This document shows positions 1 through 9,512 of a stretch of 64,000 bases of DNA, in pieces. The stretch is taken from positions 17,026-81,025 of the forward strand of contig CAZOPV010000006.1 in assembly GCA_964582085.1 (NCBI GenBank), written 5' to 3'. A program made the translations under genes and the position numbers. Below the pieces are notes generated by a model that was given only the letters and a program-made list of their open reading frames with translations, ran no database searches and was not told where the DNA came from. Position 1 is the stretch's first letter, and each line of letters opens with the position of its first letter. Origin of the DNA: an uncultured Candidatus Bathyarchaeia archaeon (GTDB taxonomy: Archaea; Thermoproteota; Bathyarchaeia; Bathyarchaeales; Bathycorpusculaceae).

Positions 1-93
1 GAAGAAGAGGTTGCCCATCAACCCGACGAATACGCCAAAGTTCATAATATGATTGATGACGCCAAAGTTTTTGCGCTCTTAAGCGTCCTGTAA
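1..93 (+). CDS. 3' end of an unidentified CDS (partial, starts upstream of window)
   Basis: Frame 1 is open from the window edge to TAA at 91-93 (..DDAKVFALLSVL*). It is too short to assign a family. Confidence 0.3.
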   Translation, partial: EEEVAHQPDEYAKVHNMIDDAKVFALLSVL

Positions 94-177
94 CTTAAGC
101 TCCAGTTTGCTGTTCCTTTATGTGTCTTGCAGTGCAAAACGATTTTAAGGTAAACAATTTATTTATGCACTGCAGAC

Positions 178-906
178 TTGCGTAGCAAGGAGTTGCAACA
201 TTTGAATAAAACTGACAAAATTATCTTTCAAGCTAAAAAAGAAGGGCGTACAATACTGCTAGAGCCTGAAGCAAAAGCAGTCTGTATAGATTACGGCATT
301 CCAGTAACAAAGTTCAATGTTGCAAAAAATGAAAAAGAAGCGGCAGACTTTGCCACAAAGATTGGCTTTCCTGTAGTTTTAAAGATAATTTCGCCTGAAA
401 TTATCCACAAAACTGAAGCGGGCGGTGTAAAAGTTAACTTGAAAACCCCTGAGGAAGTCAAAGCCGCATACAACACAATTTTGATCAACACAAAAAAATA
501 CAACGCTAAAGCCAACATAGTGGGTATCTTGGTTCAGGAGATGGCTCCTCAATCAACCGAGGTCATCATTGGCTCCGTCAAGGATGCCACGTTCGGGCAA
601 ACCGTTATGTTCGGTTTAGGCGGAATCTTTGTCGAGATGCTCAAGGATGTAACCTTCAGAGTTGCCCCCCTAACCAGGCAAGATGCCTTAAGCATGGTCA
701 CTGAAATTAAAGCGTATTCACTTTTGAAAGGGTACCGAAATTCGCCAGCGGTTGACATAGATGCAATTGTCGATGCCTTAATGCGTGTCTCGAAACTCGT
801 TATGGATCATCCAGAAATTAAAGAGCTTGATTTAAACCCTATTATGGTCTATGAAACAGGAGCAAAAGCAGTGGACACAAGAATAATACTTGAGCCGTCT
901 TTTTAA
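178..906 (+). CDS. acdB: ADP-forming acetyl-CoA synthetase beta-subunit-like ATP-grasp protein
   Basis: Motifs LLEPEAKAVCIDYGIPV, GFPVVLKIISPEIIHKTEAGGVKVNL and ELDLNPIMV are typical of archaeal ACD beta / ATP-grasp_5 proteins. The TTG start is uncertain. Confidence 0.7.
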   Translation: MRSKELQHLNKTDKIIFQAKKEGRTILLEPEAKAVCIDYGIPVTKFNVAKNEKEAADFATKIGFPVVLKIISPEIIHKTEAGGVKVNLKTPEEVKAAYNTILINTKKYNAKANIVGILVQEMAPQSTEVIIGSVKDATFGQTVMFGLGGIFVEMLKDVTFRVAPLTRQDALSMVTEIKAYSLLKGYRNSPAVDIDAIVDALMRVSKLVMDHPEIKELDLNPIMVYETGAKAVDTRIILEPSF

Positions 907-1364
907 AAAGTACAAAACGTTCAAACTAACCAGCTTACATTGAACAACAGTAATTCAAATCTTGAACTTCTGATATTTTAACGCCGACATGCTTCTCTGT
1001 TTCTTTTGTTTACCTGTTCCTCTTTTTTCTAATTACAATTATTTTTTGCCAAAGCGTGAACAATTTAGCAGCGTAGACTTTATTGGTGGGCTCTATCGAC
1101 AAATGCGCATGTGCACATTTGCCATCGCACTCAAGATCCAAATCATCCTACATGTCTTCGGGGCCAGAGTCGTCATCGCCCACCGTGTGCTCTTTGGGTT
1201 TCTAACTTTAAAGCTTTCAGGTAAAATCTCAAGTTTTATTTTGTTTTTGTATTTCAGCTATCGTTACGTTTAAACTAAAATTTAGGAGATTTATCTACCA
1301 CACTTTTTGGCTGCTTTTTTGACCCTAATTGATTAAGTTTGACTGTTGCGAATACGCTACCTTG

Positions 1365-1844
1365 TCAGGTTGGAGAATGTTTAATGTTCTGTAAAAAGGG
1401 TTGATGAAGTTCTCTTGGCCAACTTTGATGTGCCCTGTAGAGTGTTATGTCCACTTCTTCGATGCCCTCTATTTCTGAGAGTTGTTTTTGAAAATTAAAA
1501 ATCTCTGCAAAGTTTCTGAATGGGACAAGGAAACACATATCCACAGCTCCAAGTAACACACCTCCCACTATAACGTTTGGTAACTTTGTTATTTTATCGT
1601 AAATCTGGTTGATTTCACTCTGTTTTTCTTTAGAAACCTTTATACAAAATCCTGCTGATGCTTTGAACCCAAGTTTTTCCAAATTAACCGTCACAGAGGA
1701 ATAAGAGAAAACTGTTTTTTTTAACTTGTTGTATCTTCTGCTTACCATTTGAGGCGAAATATTCAGTTGTTTTGCAATTTTCCTGAAAGAGACGCGGGCG
1801 TTTTTAGCTAAGATTTCGACTATTTTTAAGTCTGTTGCATCCAT
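1365..1844 (-). CDS. Lrp/AsnC family transcriptional regulator
   Basis: N-terminal HTH (DLKIVEILAKNARVSFRKIAKQLNISPQMVSRRYNKL) followed by a RAM-like C-terminal domain. Length of 159 aa is typical. Confidence 0.8.
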   Translation of the reverse strand: MDATDLKIVEILAKNARVSFRKIAKQLNISPQMVSRRYNKLKKTVFSYSSVTVNLEKLGFKASAGFCIKVSKEKQSEINQIYDKITKLPNVIVGGVLLGAVDMCFLVPFRNFAEIFNFQKQLSEIEGIEEVDITLYRAHQSWPRELHQPFLQNIKHSPT

Positions 1845-1846
1845 TA

Positions 1847-2323
1847 TTATGCCTCAGCGTTAACTTGAAGATTTGCGGGGAACACGTTTTCTGCTGTTGT
1901 GACCCAAAGGTTAGCTTCTACCTCAGTCACTCCGTTTAGTCCCCTTATTAGCTCTACAATTTTGTTGAGGTCTTTTATATTCCGAGTTATCGTGAAGCAA
2001 AGCAGGTTTTTTCTACCAATACCCTCAGCTACTTGAAGCACCTCAGGTATGGTTTTCAATTGGGCAACTACGCCTGCTACCTTGTTTATGTTAACCTTGA
2101 GGCGAAGAGTAGCCTTACAGTCGTACCCAAAAAATTCTGGACGTAATTCCATAATTTCCCCTGTAATTACGCCGTCCTTCTTTAACTTATTAAAATGTGT
2201 ACGTATGACGTTTGGTTGAACCTTACAAATTTTTGCGATATCCGCAAAACTAGTTCTTGCGTCCTTCAATAGGGCTTTTAAAATTTCTGCGTCTATTGAA
2301 TCAATTTTTCTTTGAATGCCCAA
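1847..2323 (-). CDS. Lrp/AsnC family transcriptional regulator (tandem paralog)
   Basis: HTH DAEILKALLKDARTSFADIAKICKVQPNVIRTHFNKLKKDGVI plus a RAM domain. It lies 2 nt upstream of the other Lrp gene and is divergent from the propeller gene. Confidence 0.8.
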   Translation of the reverse strand: MGIQRKIDSIDAEILKALLKDARTSFADIAKICKVQPNVIRTHFNKLKKDGVITGEIMELRPEFFGYDCKATLRLKVNINKVAGVVAQLKTIPEVLQVAEGIGRKNLLCFTITRNIKDLNKIVELIRGLNGVTEVEANLWVTTAENVFPANLQVNAEA

Positions 2324-2473
2324 ATTCCGTCCTCGTTCCTAATGATAATTGTGATTGCGATATTAAGTTTAGCCGATCTTTATTAATATTAAATCTAATT
2401 AGAGGGATTATTAACTTCAAAATTATCAAGAAACTAAGTTTTTGTTCCCTGATTTTTTGAATTGAGAGAAAAA

Positions 2474-2482
2474 TTTATATTA
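2474..2482 (+). promoter_or_regulatory. TATA-like box upstream of the propeller gene
   Basis: TTTATATTA lies about 48 nt upstream of ATG 2530, with a GGAG-like SD at about 2516-2521 in between. Confidence 0.35.
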
Positions 2483-2529
2483 CAACCTAATTAACTCAGT
2501 GTACCGAAAATATTCCGGAGAGAAAAAAA

Positions 2530-5034
2530 ATGAGAATACAGAAAAACAATTTTAGAATAGGCTTCACTTTGATTCTGCTGTTAACTCTATCTGTTCTGGT
2601 AACCTCAATACCGCTCTCCAACGCCGCAGACATCCCCACCTACTGCTTCTTGACAGTTAACCCAAACCCAATAGGTGTAGGGCAAACACTTAGTGTAAAT
2701 TTCTGGCTCGATAAAGTAACACCAAATGCTGCTACTCTCTTTGGAGACCGATGGACTGGATTAATTTTGACTATTACCAAACCCGATGGAACAACCGAAA
2801 CTAAAGGACCCTTTACATTAGATTCTGTAGCCTCAGGATATACGCTTTACACACCTACGCTTGTTGGCAAATACACCTTCCAAATTCGCTTTCCTGGCCA
2901 AGTTATCAACGTTAGTGCAACTGTGCAAAACAACTATCTACCTAGCCAAAGCTCAATTGTAGAGCTTACTGTGCAGCAAGCAGCTATTGCTCACTGGCAA
3001 GATTTACCTCTTCCGTCTGGTTATTGGACACGTCCCTTAAATGCTGAACTTAGAGGAGTCGCTTCAATTGCTAGCTACTGGCTTGCAGCGGGATCTACAG
3101 GTCCACACGGACCACGTGCCTATGACAGTATGGGTAACTTCCAACCGTACGGTAAAGCACCCAACACTGCACACATCTTATGGACAAGAGAAATCGCTTT
3201 CGGCGGTGCAGTCGGCGGGGCATTCGGTGACAACGTTTACTACCCAGGGGAAACATACGAACGCAAATTCCAACCCCCAATAATCATGAATGGACGACTG
3301 TACTACAACCTTAAACTCGGTTCGGGATCCAATTTATGGGACGGAGCTTACTGTGTAGACCTCTATACTGGCGAAACCATTTGGTACATAAATAGCACCA
3401 ATAAGAACTACCAATTCTTCACATTTGGTCAACTGCTGGACATGGAAACGCCTAATCAGCACGGTGTTATACCCTACCTTTGGAGCGTCCAAGGCTCAAC
3501 ATACAAGATGTATGATGCATTCACAGGCGACTGGATATTAGATCTAACAGGAGTGCCTTCGGGTTCCATGGTAATGGGAAACAGCGGAGAATTTCTCATA
3601 TACACTCTTAATGCAGCGGGTAACTACATGACTTTATGGAACTCAACGAAGGCAATCTATCCAAGCGTTGACACCAACTGGCGATGGATGATTTCACCCA
3701 CTACTCCTAACGTGACCGCAGGTTACCAATGGAATGTTTCCATACCTGATGTTCCTGGAACACAGAGCATAGCAAAAATTAGCAATGAATACATTTATGC
3801 AAGAGCCACACACCAAACTGTACCTACAACTATAACCACTGATGTTGCCTACGACATCAAAGATGGAAAACAACCCGTTCAGTTATTCGTACAAAACAGG
3901 ACATACGACGGAACAATCATGAATGGACCAATGGCAGACGGCGTCTTCACAACTTTCGTCAAAGAGAAGATGGTATGGTACGGCTACGATGTCCGCACAG
4001 GAGCTCAGAAGTGGGGTCCAACAGAACCGTACACCAGCGCATGGGGTATGTATCAACCCTACGCGGACACCAGCTATGGCTACGGTAAACTTTACGCAGG
4101 AGGATACGATGGCACAGTACACTGCTACGACCTTGCAACAGGGCAGAATTTGTGGAACTACTACTTTGGAAGTAGCGGCTTTGAAACACCCTACGGCACC
4201 TATCCGCTAAAAGACAACGCCTTTACAGTAGCTGACGGCAAAGTTTTCGTAGTAACAAACGAGCACTCGCCTAACACGCCATACTTCCACGGTTGGAGAA
4301 TCCACGTAATTGACGCGCAAACAGGAAAACCCGTATGGAACATGTCCTTCATGGGTCTTGCACCAATAATAGCTGATGGTTACGCCCTAAGCTTGAACTA
4401 CTTCGACAACCGCATATACTGCTTTGGCATAGGTCCCAGCGCAACAACCGTCACAGCCTCGCCAAAAGTCTCCACAGTAGGTTCAAGTATCCTCATTGAA
4501 GGAACCGTAACTGATCAATCTCCAGGCGCCAAAGGCACACCTGCAATTGCTGACGAAGATATGAGCGGATGGATGGAACACCTGTACCAGCAAAGACCTG
4601 CTCCAACAGACGCGAAAGGTGTACCAGTGAAGCTAATAGCTTACGACCCTAACGGCAACATCCAACAAATTGGCACAGTAACAACCGACGCGGGGGGTCT
4701 ATTCAAGAAACTTTGGACGCCTCCTGTTCCAGGAGAATACACAATTATAGCGATGTTTGAAGGATCAGCTTCATATGGTCCTTCTGAGGCAAGAACCGCA
4801 ATAGGCATAGTTGATGCCCCCTCGCCAGCCCCTACAGCAACTTCTGCACCCACAACTGCAGCGCCAGCACCGACCACCGTACCGACTGTATCCCCAACAC
4901 CGGCTGTGTCTCCCTCTGTAGTTCCTGAGCCAGAAGCGCCTACACCAGGCATGGACCTCTACATCATTGCTGCCGCCGTAATAATAATTGCGATCGTAGC
5001 CATCGCCGTAGTGTTTCTACGCAAACGTAAATAA
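2530..5034 (+). CDS. Secreted PQQ-like beta-propeller repeat protein with Ig-like end domains, Pro/Thr linker and C-terminal membrane anchor
   Basis: Signal peptide (LILLLTLSVLVTSIPLSNA). Repeated x-D-x-x-T-G-x-x-x-W blades (VDLYTGETIWY, YDVRTGAQKWG, YDLATGQNLWNYYFG, IDAQTGKPVWN). PT-rich linker, VVPEPE motif, TM helix and RKRK tail. Confidence 0.8.
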   Translation: MRIQKNNFRIGFTLILLLTLSVLVTSIPLSNAADIPTYCFLTVNPNPIGVGQTLSVNFWLDKVTPNAATLFGDRWTGLILTITKPDGTTETKGPFTLDSVASGYTLYTPTLVGKYTFQIRFPGQVINVSATVQNNYLPSQSSIVELTVQQAAIAHWQDLPLPSGYWTRPLNAELRGVASIASYWLAAGSTGPHGPRAYDSMGNFQPYGKAPNTAHILWTREIAFGGAVGGAFGDNVYYPGETYERKFQPPIIMNGRLYYNLKLGSGSNLWDGAYCVDLYTGETIWYINSTNKNYQFFTFGQLLDMETPNQHGVIPYLWSVQGSTYKMYDAFTGDWILDLTGVPSGSMVMGNSGEFLIYTLNAAGNYMTLWNSTKAIYPSVDTNWRWMISPTTPNVTAGYQWNVSIPDVPGTQSIAKISNEYIYARATHQTVPTTITTDVAYDIKDGKQPVQLFVQNRTYDGTIMNGPMADGVFTTFVKEKMVWYGYDVRTGAQKWGPTEPYTSAWGMYQPYADTSYGYGKLYAGGYDGTVHCYDLATGQNLWNYYFGSSGFETPYGTYPLKDNAFTVADGKVFVVTNEHSPNTPYFHGWRIHVIDAQTGKPVWNMSFMGLAPIIADGYALSLNYFDNRIYCFGIGPSATTVTASPKVSTVGSSILIEGTVTDQSPGAKGTPAIADEDMSGWMEHLYQQRPAPTDAKGVPVKLIAYDPNGNIQQIGTVTTDAGGLFKKLWTPPVPGEYTIIAMFEGSASYGPSEARTAIGIVDAPSPAPTATSAPTTAAPAPTTVPTVSPTPAVSPSVVPEPEAPTPGMDLYIIAAAVIIIAIVAIAVVFLRKRK

Positions 5035-5046
5035 CTGCAAAAATAC

Positions 5047-5072
5047 CTTTTCCTTCTTTTTTTATTATTTTT
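5047..5072 (+). terminator. Oligo-T terminator candidate
   Basis: CTTTTCCTTCTTTTTTTATTATTTTT follows immediately after the stop. A similar TTTCCTTCTTT motif follows the paralog at 15161. Confidence 0.35.
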
Positions 5073-5093
5073 CTGCATAACAAAGGTGTTTTA

Positions 5094-5405
5094 TTATAAG
5101 ACGTAAACTTCGTTGATACTTACCAGACCATTGTCGCCAATTAACCGTTTGAGGTCTGGAAGAAGTGGCTCCAGCCGAGCCTGCTCATCTACAACTTCGA
5201 TTATCAAAGGCATATTTATCGACACGCCTTCAAGATGCAATGTTGAGCTACCTCGTTTACCAAAGCCGTTTACACCTGTCCACACAGTTGCACCGCTAAC
5301 TCCCGCTTTAATGAGTAACTCCAAAAGAAGTGTGTGAAGGCGTTTTCCGTCAAGCTCGTCATTCTTTTTTATACGTATTGTAAGATTCCACATTTTCATC
5401 TTCAT
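5094..5405 (-). CDS. DUF190 (PII-like) protein, CrcB-associated
   Basis: 103 aa with GVSGATVWTGVNGFGKRG. It overlaps the crcB stop by 4 nt (ATGA). DUF190 is a classical crcB neighbour. Confidence 0.75.
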   Translation of the reverse strand: MKMKMWNLTIRIKKNDELDGKRLHTLLLELLIKAGVSGATVWTGVNGFGKRGSSTLHLEGVSINMPLIIEVVDEQARLEPLLPDLKRLIGDNGLVSINEVYVL

Positions 5406-5812
5406 TGAAGTAACCTCTCAATTAATACATTCCCGACTATTCTGCCGCAAATCACAGCAACCAAAGATAGACCCACATTTGCCAAAATATTCAGTAGTGC
5501 GAGATAAAAACGGTTATTGTCTAGTAGGTTGCTCGTTTCAAGCGCAAACGAGGACATCGTAGTGAAGGAACCACAGAAACCGATGGCTACAAACAGAGAG
5601 TATTTTGCATCTAGGTTCAGTGTCAATGTCGCTATAGAGAAAAAACCAACTACAAAACTGCCAATAATGTTAACTATTAATACGTTAACAGGCAAACCGC
5701 CTATTGCGAGAGGCGACTCAACAAGTTTGTAGCGAAGAAAAACTCCAACTAACGCACCAACTGCTAAGAGGAGGAATTCAATGCCTTTCATGTCACTCAC
5801 TTTTAGTCCCAT
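5402..5812 (-). CDS. crcB: Fluoride ion channel CrcB/Fluc
   Basis: Four TM segments with the GFCGSFTTMSSF signature, preceded by a fluoride riboswitch. Confidence 0.9.
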   Translation of the reverse strand: MGLKVSDMKGIEFLLLAVGALVGVFLRYKLVESPLAIGGLPVNVLIVNIIGSFVVGFFSIATLTLNLDAKYSLFVAIGFCGSFTTMSSFALETSNLLDNNRFYLALLNILANVGLSLVAVICGRIVGNVLIERLLQ

Positions 5813-5815
5813 CGA

Positions 5816-5884
5816 GATAAGGCATTATCAGCACCTTGTTGGTGCGGTTTTGACGTTAAGGTCAAGGCTAATGCCATAGCACTG
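5816..5884 (-). promoter_or_regulatory. Fluoride riboswitch (crcB RNA motif)
   Basis: Minus-strand RNA reads GCUAUGGCAUUAGC..(UUGAC-CUUAAC-GUCAA hairpin)..AAACCGCACC-AACAA-GGUGCUGAUAAUGCCUUA. This matches the conserved AUGGCAUU loop, the AAACCGC element, the P3 stem and the GCUGAUxAUGCCU pseudoknot strand of known fluoride riboswitches. Confidence 0.85.
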
Positions 5885-5905
5885 CTTTCTCAGAAAAGTT
5901 CAAGT

Positions 5906-5917
5906 TGATATTAAACA
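5906..5917 (-). promoter_or_regulatory. TATA-like box for the riboswitch-crcB transcript
   Basis: The minus strand reads TTTAATAT about 25-30 nt upstream of the first riboswitch stem. Confidence 0.35.
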
Positions 5918-6050
5918 TATCGTTTGAACATTGTTAAAATTTTTGTTGTTTATACATTTTCATATCTGTGCATAAAAAAGTGACAGCGCAAATAAATAAG
6001 ACTTCTTTTCGTATAAACTGCTAACTCAGTATAACCTAAATGGCGAGTGC

Positions 6051-7037
6051 ATGCTAAATAAAATAAAAGTTACCCCATTAGCTGCGGAGAGTTTTGGTGT
6101 CCGTTCGATGTGTACTTTTGTAGAGACACCTGACGTTAAAGTTCTATTAGACGCAGGAGCATCACTTGCACCTTACCGTTTCAGTCTGTTGCCACATCCT
6201 ATGGAGTTCCAAACGATCGCAAAACTCCGTCAACGTATCTCTTCTATAGCAGAGAAAGCTGAAGTGGTCACAATTTCACATTACCATTTTGACCACCACA
6301 CCCCCAGCTACGAGGATTGGGTCGTTAACTGGACGCAAGCCAACGAGACCGCCCAACAGATATACGAAGGGAAAACCATTCTGGCAAAGAACCCCAGGAA
6401 AAATATTAATTCCAGCCAACGCCAACGTGCATCAGTTTTTCAAAAAATAGGTGGAACATACGCCAAAACACTGGAGTCAGCTGATGGCAAATCTTACATT
6501 TTTGGCAAAGAAACAATTTTAAGTTTTTCTGAAGCTGTCCCTCATGGCACAACTGATTCTGCATTAGGCTGGGTTATAATGGTTACTGTACATTATGGTG
6601 ATGAGCGGTTCATGTTTGCTCCTGACGTTCAAGGACCAATATCTGCATATACCGCGAATTTAATTAAAACCGAAAAACCCGATGTGCTACTAATTGGCGG
6701 CCCACCATTTTATCTTGAGGGCTATAAAATTACTGCAACTTGCCTACAACAGGGCTTAGAAAACCTCAAACAACTCACTGAAATAATTCCAGTAGTAATC
6801 ATGGAGCACCATGCCCTAAGAGATGCTCAGTGGCAAAAACGAGTAAAAGCAATCTATAACGCTGCTAAAAGCAAAGGACATATGCTGCTTACTGCCGCCG
6901 ACTACGCAGGAGCTAAAAATACCTTTTTGGAGTCAAACCGTAAGCAACTTTACGCAAATTTTCCGCCATCTGAAGAGTTTCAAAAATGGATGAGACTCGG
7001 TGCCAAGGAGCTAACCCATGTTAAACCGCCAATTTAG
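6051..7037 (+). CDS. UPF0282-type metallo-beta-lactamase-fold protein
   Basis: The N-terminus KVTPLAAESFGVRSMCTFVETPDVKVLLDAGASLAP and the motif ISHYHFDHH match the archaeal UPF0282/MBL-fold family as I remember it. Confidence 0.6.
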   Translation: MLNKIKVTPLAAESFGVRSMCTFVETPDVKVLLDAGASLAPYRFSLLPHPMEFQTIAKLRQRISSIAEKAEVVTISHYHFDHHTPSYEDWVVNWTQANETAQQIYEGKTILAKNPRKNINSSQRQRASVFQKIGGTYAKTLESADGKSYIFGKETILSFSEAVPHGTTDSALGWVIMVTVHYGDERFMFAPDVQGPISAYTANLIKTEKPDVLLIGGPPFYLEGYKITATCLQQGLENLKQLTEIIPVVIMEHHALRDAQWQKRVKAIYNAAKSKGHMLLTAADYAGAKNTFLESNRKQLYANFPPSEEFQKWMRLGAKELTHVKPPI

Positions 7038-7057
7038 CCCCCAGTCTCAGTATATGA

Positions 7058-7360
7058 TTATTTTTGCTGCAGTTTTTGGTACTCAAGTTTTGTTTGTCTG
7101 ATTAACTCTTCCATAGCAGCTGGTTCCTGCAGATCTGCAATGACGTTATTTAATTCATACTTAATCAAATAGGACATCTGCATAGGCTGAAGAGGTTCAG
7201 ATGCGCCTGTTTGGTAGAGTTTAAGTGCACGCAGTCCAAACTTTACCATCAATTTTTGAAGTTCTGCTCTGAGGATTTCCAATTCATTTCGGCTTTCCGC
7301 CATGGTTTGAGAGTATTCTTTTGCCTTTTGAGGGTCAGTTAAGTTATCATGTTCAGTCAT
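7058..7360 (-). CDS. Hypothetical coiled-coil protein
   Basis: 100-aa ORF in a clean intergenic slot. No recognisable motif. Confidence 0.4.
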   Translation of the reverse strand: MTEHDNLTDPQKAKEYSQTMAESRNELEILRAELQKLMVKFGLRALKLYQTGASEPLQPMQMSYLIKYELNNVIADLQEPAAMEELIRQTKLEYQKLQQK

Positions 7361-7512
7361 TTTTCCACCAATAATTGCTTGTAGATAGTCGCAGTCGAAC
7401 CTTATAGCTTTTCCATTTTTAACTTTGAAATTGTAAAACCTTTGTCAGGCACAAACCTTTTAACCTCAATCACAGTTTCACTCTCTGTACTTTATAACAG
7501 GAACGCGCCAAC

Positions 7513-8892
7513 ATGCCTTCAGATAATATTAAATCAAAAAAAACTGTTGAGGAATTATTATCTAAAGCTAAAAAACCTGCTCAACTTGCACCTGCCATGC
7601 ACAGGTTTTATGAAGGCAAAATGCAAGTTATGCCAAAATGCGCCATTACAGGTCCAACAGACTTCTCTATATGGTACACGCCAGGTGTAGCAGCACCTTG
7701 CCGAGAAATTCAAGCTGACCCTGATAAATCATTCGAATTCACTAACCGTTGGAACAGCGTGGCTGTCGTCACCGATGGCACACGAGTTTTGGGTTTAGGC
7801 GACATCGGACCTGAAGCAGCTATGCCCGTTATGGAAGGTAAAGCCATGCTTTTCAAGTATCTAGGTGGCGTAGACGCGTTTCCTATTTGCCTGAAAACCA
7901 AAAACCCTGAAGAAATTGTCCGCACCTGCGAGCTTCTTGAACCAACTTTTGGCGGTATAAACTTGGAAGACATAGAGAAGCCTAAATGCTTTTACACCTT
8001 AGAAAAAGCTCGAGAAAAACTTCAGATTCCAGTTTGGCATGATGACCAACAGGGCACCGCAACCGTAATTCTTGCAGGGTTAATTAACTCCTTTAAAATT
8101 GTGGGGAAAAAACCCAAAGAGACCCTTATAACGTTGATAGGCGCGGGTGCCGCGAATATACGTACAGCCTATGTTCTTCAGCGTTGGGGCGTAAAACCAG
8201 CCAACATCATTATGGTAGACGCAAAAGGCGTAGTGCACAAAAACCGAAAAGACATAACCAAGGAAGCTGACCCGTGGAAGTACGAGTTAACTCAAATAAC
8301 CAACGGCGAAAACCGAGCAGGCAACATAGAAGAAGCCTTTAAAGGCGTCGACGCCGTTGTTGCTGCATCCAAACAGGGACCTGGAACAATTAAATCCGCC
8401 TGGATAAAAACCATGGCGGATGACGCTGTCATTTTTGCGTGTGCAAATCCTATTCCTGAAATTTGGCCTTGGGAAGCCGAAGAGGCAGGAGCACGTATTG
8501 TTGCTACAGGCAGAAATGATTTCCCCAATCAAGTCAACAACAGTTTAGGTTTTCCTGCAATATTCCGCGGTGTTTTAGATGTAAAAGCTAAAACTGTGAC
8601 AGACGATATGTGCATCGCAGCAGCACAAGAACTAGCAAACTTTGCAGAGGAGCGCGGCATTAACGAGAAAGACATCTTGCCCAGAATGGAGGAGTGGGAA
8701 GTTTTCCCCCGTGAAGCTGTTGCTTGCGCCTTAAAATCAATCGAGCAGGGCGTTGCCCGAGTTAAACCTAGCCGAAACGAGTTATACGAACGTGCGACAA
8801 CAATAATTCGAACTGCAAGAGAATCAACTCTGTTACTCATGAAAAAAGGCTTAATTAAGGCTCCTCCAAAAGAGCATGAACTCCTAAAATAA
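7513..8892 (+). CDS. NAD(P)-dependent malic enzyme
   Basis: DFSIWYTPGVAAPC, VAVVTDGTRVLGLGDIGPEAAMPVMEGKAMLFKYLGGVDAFPICL and the GAGAA Rossmann motif. Confidence 0.9.
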   Translation: MPSDNIKSKKTVEELLSKAKKPAQLAPAMHRFYEGKMQVMPKCAITGPTDFSIWYTPGVAAPCREIQADPDKSFEFTNRWNSVAVVTDGTRVLGLGDIGPEAAMPVMEGKAMLFKYLGGVDAFPICLKTKNPEEIVRTCELLEPTFGGINLEDIEKPKCFYTLEKAREKLQIPVWHDDQQGTATVILAGLINSFKIVGKKPKETLITLIGAGAANIRTAYVLQRWGVKPANIIMVDAKGVVHKNRKDITKEADPWKYELTQITNGENRAGNIEEAFKGVDAVVAASKQGPGTIKSAWIKTMADDAVIFACANPIPEIWPWEAEEAGARIVATGRNDFPNQVNNSLGFPAIFRGVLDVKAKTVTDDMCIAAAQELANFAEERGINEKDILPRMEEWEVFPREAVACALKSIEQGVARVKPSRNELYERATTIIRTARESTLLLMKKGLIKAPPKEHELLK

Positions 8893-8979
8893 ACCGTGTT
8901 CAAGATTCTTTTTCAGTTCACGTTTTTGAGGAAAATTATTTAAGCGCCATAACAAAAATAAGGAGGTAGTGATAGCAAA

Positions 8980-9480
8980 ATGCGTTTAGACTATACCTTT
9001 TACATTTTGGCTGTAGTGTTCTTCTTAGTAACAGCCTTTTCATTTGTCATGGTGACTGAACAAAACGGGCGTAACCTTTACGTTGTATCCACAGCAATTT
9101 TAGGTATTTTATGTGCCATTGTCGGCTTTTTTACTAAACCAAAAACGCAAACAAAGTTTACGTCTCAACAGCCAGAAGACACCACGCAGCAAGAAGCCCC
9201 CCCACCAGTCTTAACCATAGCAGAACCCAAGCCTCCTTCACCTCAAGTTCCAGTTGCTGTATTTCCTGAAAAACCGCCGGCTGCGACAGCTGATGTTACT
9301 TCAGAACTTACTCAAATAAGAGGAATAAGCAAAGCAAGAGCTGACCAGTTGAGGGCAAGTGGCATCGAAACTCTCAAAGCCCTAGCTGAGGCATCTCCAG
9401 AAGTTTTAGCTGCAAAACTCCAAGTTTCCCCTAAAATCGTCAAAATGTGGATTGGAAGCGCTAAGAAGCTGGTAAAATAA
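8980..9480 (+). CDS. Membrane protein with Pro-rich linker and C-terminal helix-hairpin-helix domain
   Basis: Two N-terminal TM helices, a P-rich spacer, then ELTQIRGISKARADQLRASGIETLKALAEA (HhH/DUF4332-like). Confidence 0.6.
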   Translation: MRLDYTFYILAVVFFLVTAFSFVMVTEQNGRNLYVVSTAILGILCAIVGFFTKPKTQTKFTSQQPEDTTQQEAPPPVLTIAEPKPPSPQVPVAVFPEKPPAATADVTSELTQIRGISKARADQLRASGIETLKALAEASPEVLAAKLQVSPKIVKMWIGSAKKLVK

Positions 9481-9512
9481 AAAGGCCTCTGGATGAGGCA
9501 ACAATATTTTTT

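Noticed and set aside
989-1273. 94-aa ORF in the spacer between the ACD-beta-like gene and the Lrp gene.
   Set aside because: It has no SD or TATA context, an odd hydrophobic low-complexity translation and no motif. It is probably non-coding.
3041-4952. Several 60-100-aa ORFs on both strands inside the first propeller gene (for example 3041..3283, 3923..4210, 4641..4952).
   Set aside because: They are nested in or antisense to an 834-aa ORF that has clear domain structure and a full-length paralog. They have no motifs of their own.
7442-7690. 82-aa ORF overlapping the malic enzyme start.
   Set aside because: It is out of frame with, and largely contained in, the well-supported malic enzyme gene.
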